Below, in pieces: positions 1 through 7,389 of a stretch of 21,460 nt of DNA. Below the pieces are notes generated by a model that saw only the letters and a list, made by a program, of their open reading frames with translations, did not search any database and was not told where the DNA came from. The stretch's first letter is position 1. Every line of letters begins with the position of its first letter. The translations under genes were made by a program, and so were the position numbers. This DNA is from Nanobdellota archaeon (lineage in GTDB: Archaea > Nanobdellota > Nanobdellia > CSSed11-243R1), in assembly GCA_021162365.1 (NCBI GenBank), contig JAGGYW010000005.1:1-21460 (forward strand), given 5' to 3'.

Positions 1-2473
1 CTGAGTAGACATAATTATTAGCTGTATCTACTCCAGATTGTGGAAGTTCATACCAGGAGCCGTTGTACTTCCACATGCGAAGGGTTGATTCATCATATAT
101 TCCCGCGTCTTGCCAGTCTGAGTCGTTGTAGTAAATAGTTACTTCTGCCCACGCACTTGAAGAGGTGTTAGTAATATTTACAAACTTTCCAATATCTGTA
201 TAGTCAGAGGGCATATTTCCAGGATTAGTTGTAGAACCTACAGATACATCAGTGAAATTAACATCCATCGACACTCCACCAACAGAGAAATCTCCAGTTA
301 TAGATGACCCCTGCCATACAAATAAATCTTTATCTGAACTATTTGAATTTGATATACTAAGAGAGGTAAGATCACACTTAGTTGATTCTATCCTAACCCC
401 ATCCATTAAGCTGTTGGTTATCCATGAGTTGCTAATAATACAATCTGATGAATTTTGTATGTATACACCACCTGTATTATTCAACGAAGCATACTCTAAT
501 TGCGGATAGCCAGAGTTATACAAGTGGATACCATAACTAGTGAAATCAGATACGGAAATATTACTAATAGTTAAGTATGGAGAAGAAACAGCATCCACCC
601 CAATACCATCCCCAGTAATAACACTATTCTTAAGTTCTAGATTGCTATCATCCCCCGCCAAGCGAATTCCATAATCACCACAATTGGTGGCCCGTTCGCC
701 TTCAAGAGTGCTATTATCTACATCTATCAAATAAATACATGTGTTGCTACTAGTTATGTCATTCTCAGAGCTATTCACCATAGTTGCGTAGGAGTAGTAC
801 AAACCATAGTCTGCATTTGCAATTGTGTTATTTATTATCTCCACCGGGCTGGGTGTCCCATACATATATACATATATCCCCCTCTCAACATCATCTATGT
901 AATTATTCTCAACCAGAGAATTATTTGATCTATAAACTGTGATACCATATGGCTCAATAGACGAATCAACAATGTTAATTATATTACTTCGCACCACATT
1001 ATTCTTACCACCATTTAAATAAATTGCTGAAAGACGAGTGATGTTATTGAAATTATTTCCCTCTATCACAGCTGCTGTCGCGCCCACGTACACCCCAGTT
1101 GTATTTACAAAACTATTATTAACTACTTTATTGCCAGAGGAAGAATCTATTTTAATTGTAGAATAATATGGAAAACCAGTAAATGATGAATCTTTAATTG
1201 TATTGTAATCTGAGTTGACAGTTATATACGCACCGTATGTCCACTGCCAAGAACCAAAGGAAACAGTAACATTAGTAAAGTCGGAGTAATCTCCCTCTAT
1301 GTATAACCCATATGCATCCCCTGAAGCACTATCAGGACGGATTTTCGTGTCTTTTATTAATGCATATGACCATGTTGAAATCCCAGTTTGATAGTCATAA
1401 ACGTTACAATCGTATAATTTTGCATAAGGTGCATCTATCTTGATGCCCACTCCAGATTTACTACCTGTTAAACTATAACCATTACAATACAAAGTCACAT
1501 TATAACCTATGATGTCTATACAATAATTTTGCCCTGATTGAAGCCCAGAAATATCATTTTGAAGGTAGTAAACACCATCATCAGCATCAAGGGTTATACA
1601 TGCAATAACCCCACTTGCATATTCAGCGCCAAAAGTAGTTTGATTTGCTGTAACATTTGTTGCATTAGTTACATTTGTCGCAGCAATTTCAAATTGTTGC
1701 TCCGAAAGCAAAGGAACATTCCATTCTACTCTATCAATTAACTTGTTATTATTTGTATCTACAAAGTTAACAGAGTAATCAGGATTTGTAGTAACTTCAA
1801 CTCTTGAACCTTCTAAAAGATGATAAACATGCAATAATGATTCATTTGTTTCATCTATATTTGTAAATGCAAACACATCTTTATAATGCAAACTCGAATC
1901 CGATCTAACTGTAACGAACTTGCTCCAACCAGAAGCCGTTTGTAAAACAGGTAACTCATCTATTTGTGGAGCAGATGTTTTAAATTCAATTCTTAAGTTC
2001 TGTCCAGCATGAAGAGTTGAATTAACATTCAATTCTGCATTTGAAGTTGAATCATAAATTTTAACTTCAAATGCATCCTCCGGAAGAGAAGCAATTATAT
2101 CAACCATTGTTTCATTTTCTTCAACAACAACACTCTTTGTCCAGGAAACAGGCTTTCCAACTTCAGCTTCCCCCTGAACTAATTCATAAGAAGGAACAAA
2201 TGGTGGCACTTCTTCTTTTGGCAACTCCTTTGGAACTTCTTTTATTATTTTCTCTTTTGGAATTGCCTTGGCAGCAACACCTTCGCTTGGAGCCTCAGAA
2301 AGCTCAGGTGGCAAGTTTGGAGTTTTTCCTTCTGAAGGACACCCTTTTGGCATGAGGCATTTTTTCGGTTCTATGTATTTACCAATAAGAGTTTGACCAC
2401 CAATGACAAAAACACCTGTGCCAGCTATGATAAGAACTACTAATATTAATGTAATTAATGACTTTCTCTTCAT
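1..2473 (-). CDS. Membrane-anchored parallel beta-helix (PbH1/NosD-like) surface protein, N-terminal 824 codons; C-terminus lies beyond the left window edge
   Basis: Absent from the supplied track because no stop lies inside the window. I read every minus-strand triplet from ATG (2473-2471) down to position 2 and found no stop (824 codons). The product begins MKRKSLITLILVVLIIAGTGVFVIGG (single N-terminal hydrophobic anchor). A Pro/Glu/Lys-rich stalk (PKELPKEEVPPFVPSY) and a beta-rich domain follow. Next come the cap motif CITLDADDGVYYLQNDISGLQSGQNYCIDIIGYNVTLYCNGYSLTGS and ~22-aa N/G/I/V/Y-rich turns (e.g. NNSFVNTTGVYVGATAAVIEGNNFNN), typical of right-handed parallel beta-helix repeats. The last residues in the window, DESTLRMWKYNGSWYELPQSGVDTANNYVYS, match the module that closes the first beta-helix of the 3342-7358 protein. 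GTGAT (2477-2481, minus sense) sits 3 nt upstream of the ATG. Confidence 0.8.
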   Translation of the reverse strand, partial: MKRKSLITLILVVLIIAGTGVFVIGGQTLIGKYIEPKKCLMPKGCPSEGKTPNLPPELSEAPSEGVAAKAIPKEKIIKEVPKELPKEEVPPFVPSYELVQGEAEVGKPVSWTKSVVVEENETMVDIIASLPEDAFEVKIYDSTSNAELNVNSTLHAGQNLRIEFKTSAPQIDELPVLQTASGWSKFVTVRSDSSLHYKDVFAFTNIDETNESLLHVYHLLEGSRVEVTTNPDYSVNFVDTNNNKLIDRVEWNVPLLSEQQFEIAATNVTNATNVTANQTTFGAEYASGVIACITLDADDGVYYLQNDISGLQSGQNYCIDIIGYNVTLYCNGYSLTGSKSGVGIKIDAPYAKLYDCNVYDYQTGISTWSYALIKDTKIRPDSASGDAYGLYIEGDYSDFTNVTVSFGSWQWTYGAYITVNSDYNTIKDSSFTGFPYYSTIKIDSSSGNKVVNNSFVNTTGVYVGATAAVIEGNNFNNITRLSAIYLNGGKNNVVRSNIINIVDSSIEPYGITVYRSNNSLVENNYIDDVERGIYVYMYGTPSPVEIINNTIANADYGLYYSYATMVNSSENDITSSNTCIYLIDVDNSTLEGERATNCGDYGIRLAGDDSNLELKNSVITGDGIGVDAVSSPYLTISNISVSDFTSYGIHLYNSGYPQLEYASLNNTGGVYIQNSSDCIISNSWITNSLMDGVRIESTKCDLTSLSISNSNSSDKDLFVWQGSSITGDFSVGGVSMDVNFTDVSVGSTTNPGNMPSDYTDIGKFVNITNTSSSAWAEVTIYYNDSDWQDAGIYDESTLRMWKYNGSWYELPQSGVDTANNYVYS
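41..95 (-). repeat. 55-nt block nearly identical to 6138-6192 (copy 1), inside the partial beta-helix gene
   Basis: tggaagttcAtaccaggagccgttgtacttccacatgcgaagggttgattcatCa is 53/55 identical to 6138-6192, with a 43-nt perfect run (51-93 = 6148-6190). In the 10 nt upstream of the block only 5/10 positions match. Encodes ESTLRMWKYNGSWYELP on the minus strand. Confidence 0.9.
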
Positions 2474-2528
2474 ATTATCACTTTTAAGTTTAAATGTATG
2501 GTAATTTATAAACTTTAAGTGTGTACAG

Positions 2529-2711
2529 TTACTTTACTTCCTTCTTTACTTTCTTAAGGGTAGAAAGAATCTTTTTATAAAGACTTTCGGGTGTTTCTTT
2601 CCTTTTTCTCTTTTTTGGTATCTTTTTTGGCTTCTTTTTAGTAGATTTTTTCTTTGTGGTCTTTTTCTTAGTTACTTTTTTCTTTGTTGACTTCTTTCTC
2701 AAGACAATCAC
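2529..2711 (-). CDS. Small lysine-rich protein (60 aa), function unknown
   Basis: The GTG start overlaps the TGA stop of the upstream ORF (GTGA, 2708-2711). The sequence is KKSTKKKVTKKKTTKKKSTKKKPKKIPKKRKRK followed by an amphipathic tail ESLYKKILSTLKKVKKEVK. It has the same strand and tight spacing as the flanking genes. Coding status is uncertain because the sequence is low-complexity (the plus strand is a ~110-nt polypyrimidine-rich tract, about 2590-2700). Confidence 0.45.
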   Translation of the reverse strand: MIVLRKKSTKKKVTKKKTTKKKSTKKKPKKIPKKRKRKETPESLYKKILSTLKKVKKEVK

Positions 2712-3310
2712 CTTTTCTTTCTATGCCTTTTTTTCTCAAGCTTTACATATTCTCTGTAAATAATACCAGCAACTGCAATACCTGTCGCAATTAACAATAC
2801 AATCACCCAAAACATCTGTGGGAAGTATGGACAATCTGAAGGACATGTGAATATATTCTCCCCAGGCTCACAGATACCATTCCCACAAACAGCATTCATT
2901 TTTATTCCAAATTCCTGAGAACTAAATCCACTTGGATAAACCCACACAAATGAAACTTTATTACCAAGTCCAGAAGGCATAACTTTAATATTTAGATTTA
3001 CATCGCCTGTAACATCGTCAAATCTCCACCTAAATGCAGAAACATCTTCTCCCAAATATGTTGTATCTCTATGCTCTAAAGAAACATCTTCGAAATTTGC
3101 ACTCCAGTTTGTCACAGTCCAACCAACTGGGAATAGTGCAACCAAATCAAATGTTGTTTCATTGCCTGGATTAATATGGATATTAATAGAAAATGGCTCA
3201 GAGTAATTCACATTCTCTGGAATCGTAGCTGAGAACTCAAATCCACTTGCAAGAGATAAAACTGTTAAAAATATTAGGGGGATAATTGCCTTTCTTAGGA
3301 TGTTTTCCAT
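2708..3310 (-). CDS. Secreted/C-terminally anchored beta-rich protein with CGNGIC...CPSDC motif
   Basis: The track starts at GTG 3322. ATG 3310 (MENILRKAIIPLIFLTVLSLASG, signal-peptide-like) is preceded by GGGAGTGTGAT (3318-3328, minus sense) and is preferred. The protein has a beta-rich ectodomain (PVGWTVTNW...), a four-Cys motif CGNGICEPGENIFTCPSDC (2831-2887), a C-terminal TM FWVIVLLIATGIAVAGIIY and a basic tail KKRHRKKR. Confidence 0.7.
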   Translation of the reverse strand: MENILRKAIIPLIFLTVLSLASGFEFSATIPENVNYSEPFSINIHINPGNETTFDLVALFPVGWTVTNWSANFEDVSLEHRDTTYLGEDVSAFRWRFDDVTGDVNLNIKVMPSGLGNKVSFVWVYPSGFSSQEFGIKMNAVCGNGICEPGENIFTCPSDCPYFPQMFWVIVLLIATGIAVAGIIYREYVKLEKKRHRKKR

Positions 3311-3341
3311 ATTTCTTATCACACTCCCATACTTATTAAAT

Positions 3342-6300
3342 TTATTGATTGGATGAATAATATAAACTAATTGTGTTGATTACATCTGAAAACTCAACTT
3401 CATTCAAGTAGTACTTTTGAATACTTTCAAAAACATTCCAAAAGTCCACACCAACACTACCAGAAGCTGCAAGGTTTGCAATCGTGCTTGCTTCTGCCTT
3501 GTAGTAATAATAGTCTTCATCATCATATACTAACTTAGTATTTAATTCATTCCATCCGTTGTCGTAATAATACAATTTAACTGTAGTTGGTGCAATTCCA
3601 TTTTCACTAATCCATGTCTTATTAACTCTTAATTCAAATTCTACTTTATCTATTCCTTCTGGATTAATTACTCTAACTTTGAAGTATTTGTAAGGAATAT
3701 TTGGCACCTTTGTAGTAGACTCCATATTCTCAACAATTATCTTTGCTTGGAATACATCTCCATCTGTGGTTATAGAAGAAACTCTTAAATCATTGCAGAA
3801 AGTCTTTTCTGCCTCTTTTGTCTCATCTGGATACACTCTATGGAAATAGTAGTAAGCAACATCATCTGCGCACACAAGAGGTGGCTCGATGGATGAAATA
3901 GAAACACTTGGTGTAGTTGTTTCCACTTTCTTACCTACAAGAGTAAAGATTGAAAACATATTAATCTTAGAGTATACATAGTTCTCCTCTGTGTTAACAA
4001 CATTTACCTCTGCTGCCTTTTCCGGCGGCTGCCATGTTCCATTAAATCTCCATAACCTTATAGTTGATTCATCTATGTTATATTGTCTTATCTCATCATC
4101 GGTATATGAAATATTAAGTTCTACCCATGAAGAGGACGAAGCATTTGTAATCATTAGATACTTGTGCAAGTCAACATAATCATCATCGACCTCTTCTTGT
4201 GGGACTGCTGCCCTTAGAAAGATACCATTACCCCTTAAAGAGTATAATGTGTTATTTGTTGTAACATTAACTAAGGTTATGTTTGTATCATGTTCAACAT
4301 AGATATCATATAAATTGTTATCAGTAATGTTTGAATCCTCAACAATCGTGCCTTTAGCATAATTTATTAAATAAATCCCATAATCATTACCATGAATGTA
4401 CGCAGACTCAATAGTGTTGTTCTCACACAATGATCCAACGATTCTAATTCCAGCACCACAGTTTGATATGTCTCCACCATATACCAAATTCCTATCACCT
4501 ATTATGTTCACCCCATACCCACTTCCATTTCCAAAAATTGTGTTGTTAACAATTGAATTATCATCCCCATATGGGTAAATGCTCAGCAAGTCGAATCCAG
4601 AAAGAAGGTTATCATGCACATTGTTAAATCTCCCACTTAAGTATATGTCCTGAAAGTTATTTCTAAACACATTGGAATATATCTCATTCAAGTTACTAGT
4701 GTAAATAGACACACCCCATGCAGTATTATTAGTAATAGTATTCCCTCTAATGATATTTCTAGTACCACCTTGAATTCTTACAGCAGCTCTCCCTAAGGAG
4801 ATAGAATTATTTTCTACAATAGTATCATTTGCATTCAGTATATAAACTCCATATTCATCATTGTAAAACATATTATTTGAGATTGCACCGTTATCCGAAG
4901 TATACACCTCAACACCATACAGACCATTGGTTAAATTAGAATTATATAACTCAAAAGAAGGTGTATTTGAGAACCTTACACGTGAATCATTGAAAGTAGA
5001 ATCATGCACGCTCACTCTCTCAGAGTCAATAGAATATATCGATATTCCTCCACTCAAATCTAGGTTTGAGAGCTCAATATCTTTGGAATTAGTGATATAC
5101 ACAAACTCATTAGAAACATTTGACCTTGATAGATTAGTTACTAATGCATCATGTCCTCTTTCTATATAGATTCCATAACCAACAATGTCAGATATATCTA
5201 CCAAGCTAATGTTTATTCCCTTACAGCTAAACACAAACATACCTGTGTTAAATCCTCCAGAGATTGTACTATTCGCAACACTAACATCTCCTAAGTTCTC
5301 TAAGTATATCGGTGTACCAGTGGCACCAACATCTAAAATGGTGTTATTAACAAATGTAAGATTAAACGAGCCTTGGAATGGGGTTGTTCTTACAAAAATC
5401 CCGTAGTCCGTCATGTTTTTAACGTAGTTATCATAAACTCTAGTGTGCTTTGTATGGAGGAGTTCCATCGCCATACCAGTATTAACAATTGTGTTATTGT
5501 CTATCAAAACTCCTTCTGCATAGTATACCTTAAGCCCAGTAGAAGTGTAATTAATTACATTGTTTCTAATTGTAAAATTGTGTGCATTCTGTTGACTTAT
5601 AAACACTCCAGTATCAGCAGAATAAATGTGATTCCCTTCAACAGTCAAATTTTCTGTGGATGTAACATCGATAGCACGATTGTTTATATCCATGAACGAA
5701 TTGTTTTTAATAGCTATATTGAATCCAAATGTGCTATCTACACCAACATCTACATTTGAGAAAATATTGTTCTCAACCAAGAAATCGCTCCCATTGTATA
5801 ACAAAACAGAACGTTGATAATTACTTATATTACAATTTCTAAGTGTGAAATTGTTATGGCCTCTAATTCTAATTCCGTAGAATAGATTCGCAACAGAACT
5901 GCCATCAATGGAATATCCGTCACAATCAAGGACCACATTATCCGCCTGCACGTCTATACACACATCTCTCCCAGGCTGTGTCCCATTAATTGAAGCGTTC
6001 AAAACATACAGTTTGTTTGGTTCTGTTAAATTCATACAACTATTAACCTCGTTTGGTAGCCCAAGAAGGGCAAATGTAGAAAAGGAAGTGATATTTCCTC
6101 CATAAACAACATTGTTGGATATATCAACCGTGGAGTTTGGAAGTTCGTACCAGGAGCCGTTGTACTTCCACATGCGAAGGGTTGATTCATTAATTGTGTA
6201 CACGTCTGAATCTGAATATGACATATTTAAAACAAGCCACCCACCACTTGATGTGTTTGCCGCCAGCAAATAATCTCCTGTTGAGATATAATTCGAAGGC

Positions 6301-7358
6301 GTTGATGGAATAGATGTCGGTGGAGAGACCTTCACATCTCTCGATGTAAAGCTTGCAACTGATCCACCAATATCTGTATTTTCTACGCTTATTTCTGAGG
6401 AGCTTAATTCAACACCCTTAGAGATGTAGTTGTTTGTAAGTTCTGCCGTAGATCCACTAGTTAACTTAAAATCGTACCAATTATTACCGTAGATATTATT
6501 GTCTTCAAATTGGTTGCCTGTTGAGCTCTGAGAGAATACACCATAAGAATTGTCACGGAGTGTATTATTTACAATCTCATTGTCATTTGAGCTGCTAAGG
6601 TATAACCCATAGTTTATATTTGATGTAATCATATTACCCATGATGACATCATTGTTAGAAGATACAAGATAAATACCATGCCCCCCGTTGCTAATATGAT
6701 TATTTATTACATTGTTATAGTTCGAATGGTGTATAATTAAAGCATCATACTTATTCTTAGCAAATGAGTTATTAACAACATCGTTGTAATTGGCATAGAA
6801 TGTCATCACTCCATTAGAATTAGAACTGAAGTTAGATCTAAATACCGAAAGGTAATGTGAACGAGCATAAATTGCATAGGTATTAGATAAAAAGTTACTA
6901 TCCTCAACAGTTACATGAGTATACGCAATAGTATATATCCCATAGGCATATTTCTCAATAGCACAATTTTTTACTGTAGCATTACTCCCCGTATAGAAGT
7001 ATATTCCATACCCTGAATTGCTCCCCAGTATTTTATATCCATTACAGTCTATTACAACATTGCTACCAGTCACCTTAAGACAATAGCCTTGCCCTGGAAC
7101 AAGTCCTGTGAGATTTTGAGATATAACATAAATCGTATCCGATGCGGTTAAATCCATACAAGAAGTCACATTAATTACATTAAGCGCCTTAGCCCCGAAA
7201 ATTGAAGATGTGGAAACTTTTTGCGGCTCAGATATCTTTCTCGCCGTTGGTAATTTGGCAATTGTGTCCTCAGTTATTAGATGTCCATCTAAAACTGGCA
7301 CAATAGAAATTAAAATAACAGCAGCTATAACCGCACCTAACACAAATTTCCAATCCAT
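3342..7358 (-). CDS. Giant (1338 aa) N-terminally anchored surface protein with two parallel beta-helix modules and a C-terminal PGF-pre-PGF-like domain
   Basis: N-terminal anchor MDWKFVLGAVIAAVILISIVPVL. There are two beta-helix modules, each opened by a Cys-containing cap: SCMDLTASDTIYVISQNLTG...YCLKVTGSNVVIDCNGYKILG and SCMNLTEPNKLYVLNASINGT...VCIDVQADNVVLDCDGYSIDG. Both are built of ~22-aa Asn/Gly/Ile/Tyr-rich turns. Each module is closed by a segment with EST(L/I)R.W..NG.W ... FS.F.L.G (6138-6192 and about 4030-4090). The C-terminal region (about 3470-3700, FELRVNKTWISENGIAPTTVKLYYYDNGWNELNTKLVYDDEDYYYYKAEAS) resembles the archaeal PGF-pre-PGF domain, but no PGF-CTERM anchor follows. At least ~40 N-X-S/T sequons by manual reading. 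Confidence 0.9.
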   Translation of the reverse strand: MDWKFVLGAVIAAVILISIVPVLDGHLITEDTIAKLPTARKISEPQKVSTSSIFGAKALNVINVTSCMDLTASDTIYVISQNLTGLVPGQGYCLKVTGSNVVIDCNGYKILGSNSGYGIYFYTGSNATVKNCAIEKYAYGIYTIAYTHVTVEDSNFLSNTYAIYARSHYLSVFRSNFSSNSNGVMTFYANYNDVVNNSFAKNKYDALIIHHSNYNNVINNHISNGGHGIYLVSSNNDVIMGNMITSNINYGLYLSSSNDNEIVNNTLRDNSYGVFSQSSTGNQFEDNNIYGNNWYDFKLTSGSTAELTNNYISKGVELSSSEISVENTDIGGSVASFTSRDVKVSPPTSIPSTPSNYISTGDYLLAANTSSGGWLVLNMSYSDSDVYTINESTLRMWKYNGSWYELPNSTVDISNNVVYGGNITSFSTFALLGLPNEVNSCMNLTEPNKLYVLNASINGTQPGRDVCIDVQADNVVLDCDGYSIDGSSVANLFYGIRIRGHNNFTLRNCNISNYQRSVLLYNGSDFLVENNIFSNVDVGVDSTFGFNIAIKNNSFMDINNRAIDVTSTENLTVEGNHIYSADTGVFISQQNAHNFTIRNNVINYTSTGLKVYYAEGVLIDNNTIVNTGMAMELLHTKHTRVYDNYVKNMTDYGIFVRTTPFQGSFNLTFVNNTILDVGATGTPIYLENLGDVSVANSTISGGFNTGMFVFSCKGINISLVDISDIVGYGIYIERGHDALVTNLSRSNVSNEFVYITNSKDIELSNLDLSGGISIYSIDSERVSVHDSTFNDSRVRFSNTPSFELYNSNLTNGLYGVEVYTSDNGAISNNMFYNDEYGVYILNANDTIVENNSISLGRAAVRIQGGTRNIIRGNTITNNTAWGVSIYTSNLNEIYSNVFRNNFQDIYLSGRFNNVHDNLLSGFDLLSIYPYGDDNSIVNNTIFGNGSGYGVNIIGDRNLVYGGDISNCGAGIRIVGSLCENNTIESAYIHGNDYGIYLINYAKGTIVEDSNITDNNLYDIYVEHDTNITLVNVTTNNTLYSLRGNGIFLRAAVPQEEVDDDYVDLHKYLMITNASSSSWVELNISYTDDEIRQYNIDESTIRLWRFNGTWQPPEKAAEVNVVNTEENYVYSKINMFSIFTLVGKKVETTTPSVSISSIEPPLVCADDVAYYYFHRVYPDETKEAEKTFCNDLRVSSITTDGDVFQAKIIVENMESTTKVPNIPYKYFKVRVINPEGIDKVEFELRVNKTWISENGIAPTTVKLYYYDNGWNELNTKLVYDDEDYYYYKAEASTIANLAASGSVGVDFWNVFESIQKYYLNEVEFSDVINTISLYYSSNQ
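6138..6192 (-). repeat. 55-nt block nearly identical to 41-95 (copy 2), inside the 1338-aa beta-helix gene
   Basis: tggaagttcGtaccaggagccgttgtacttccacatgcgaagggttgattcatTa; see copy 1. A third, protein-level copy of the same motif (DESTIRLWRFNGTWQPP, about 4030-4090) is diverged at the nucleotide level. Confidence 0.9.
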
Positions 7359-7389
7359 CTTCTCACATCAGTAATAAATCCTATATCTT

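Noticed and set aside
252-2355. Plus-strand track ORFs 252-509, 1538-1741 and 2071-2355
   Set aside because: All lie antisense to the uninterrupted 824-codon minus-strand beta-helix ORF (1-2473). Their products are low-complexity, with no recognisable motifs. They are shadow frames.
2700-2715. Programmed -1 frameshift fusing the anchored Cys-motif protein to the poly-lysine ORF
   Set aside because: The junction (AGA AAG AAA AGG TGA) lacks a canonical X XXY YYZ slippery heptamer. The poly-K frame has a TAG only four codons upstream of its GTG. Kept only as a minor alternative.
3991-6105. Six plus-strand ORFs (3991-4179, 4396-4578, 4927-5169, 5185-5406, 5373-5759, 5908-6105)
   Set aside because: They lie inside and antisense to the 1338-aa gene. 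Repetitive Asn/Ile-rich coding sequence generates long antisense open frames. No independent signals.
1-7358. Beta-helix proteins as phage tailspikes / a prophage remnant
   Set aside because: There are no capsid, portal, terminase, integrase or repeat-flank signals anywhere in the window. Both proteins carry N-terminal membrane anchors and archaeal surface-protein C-terminal domains.
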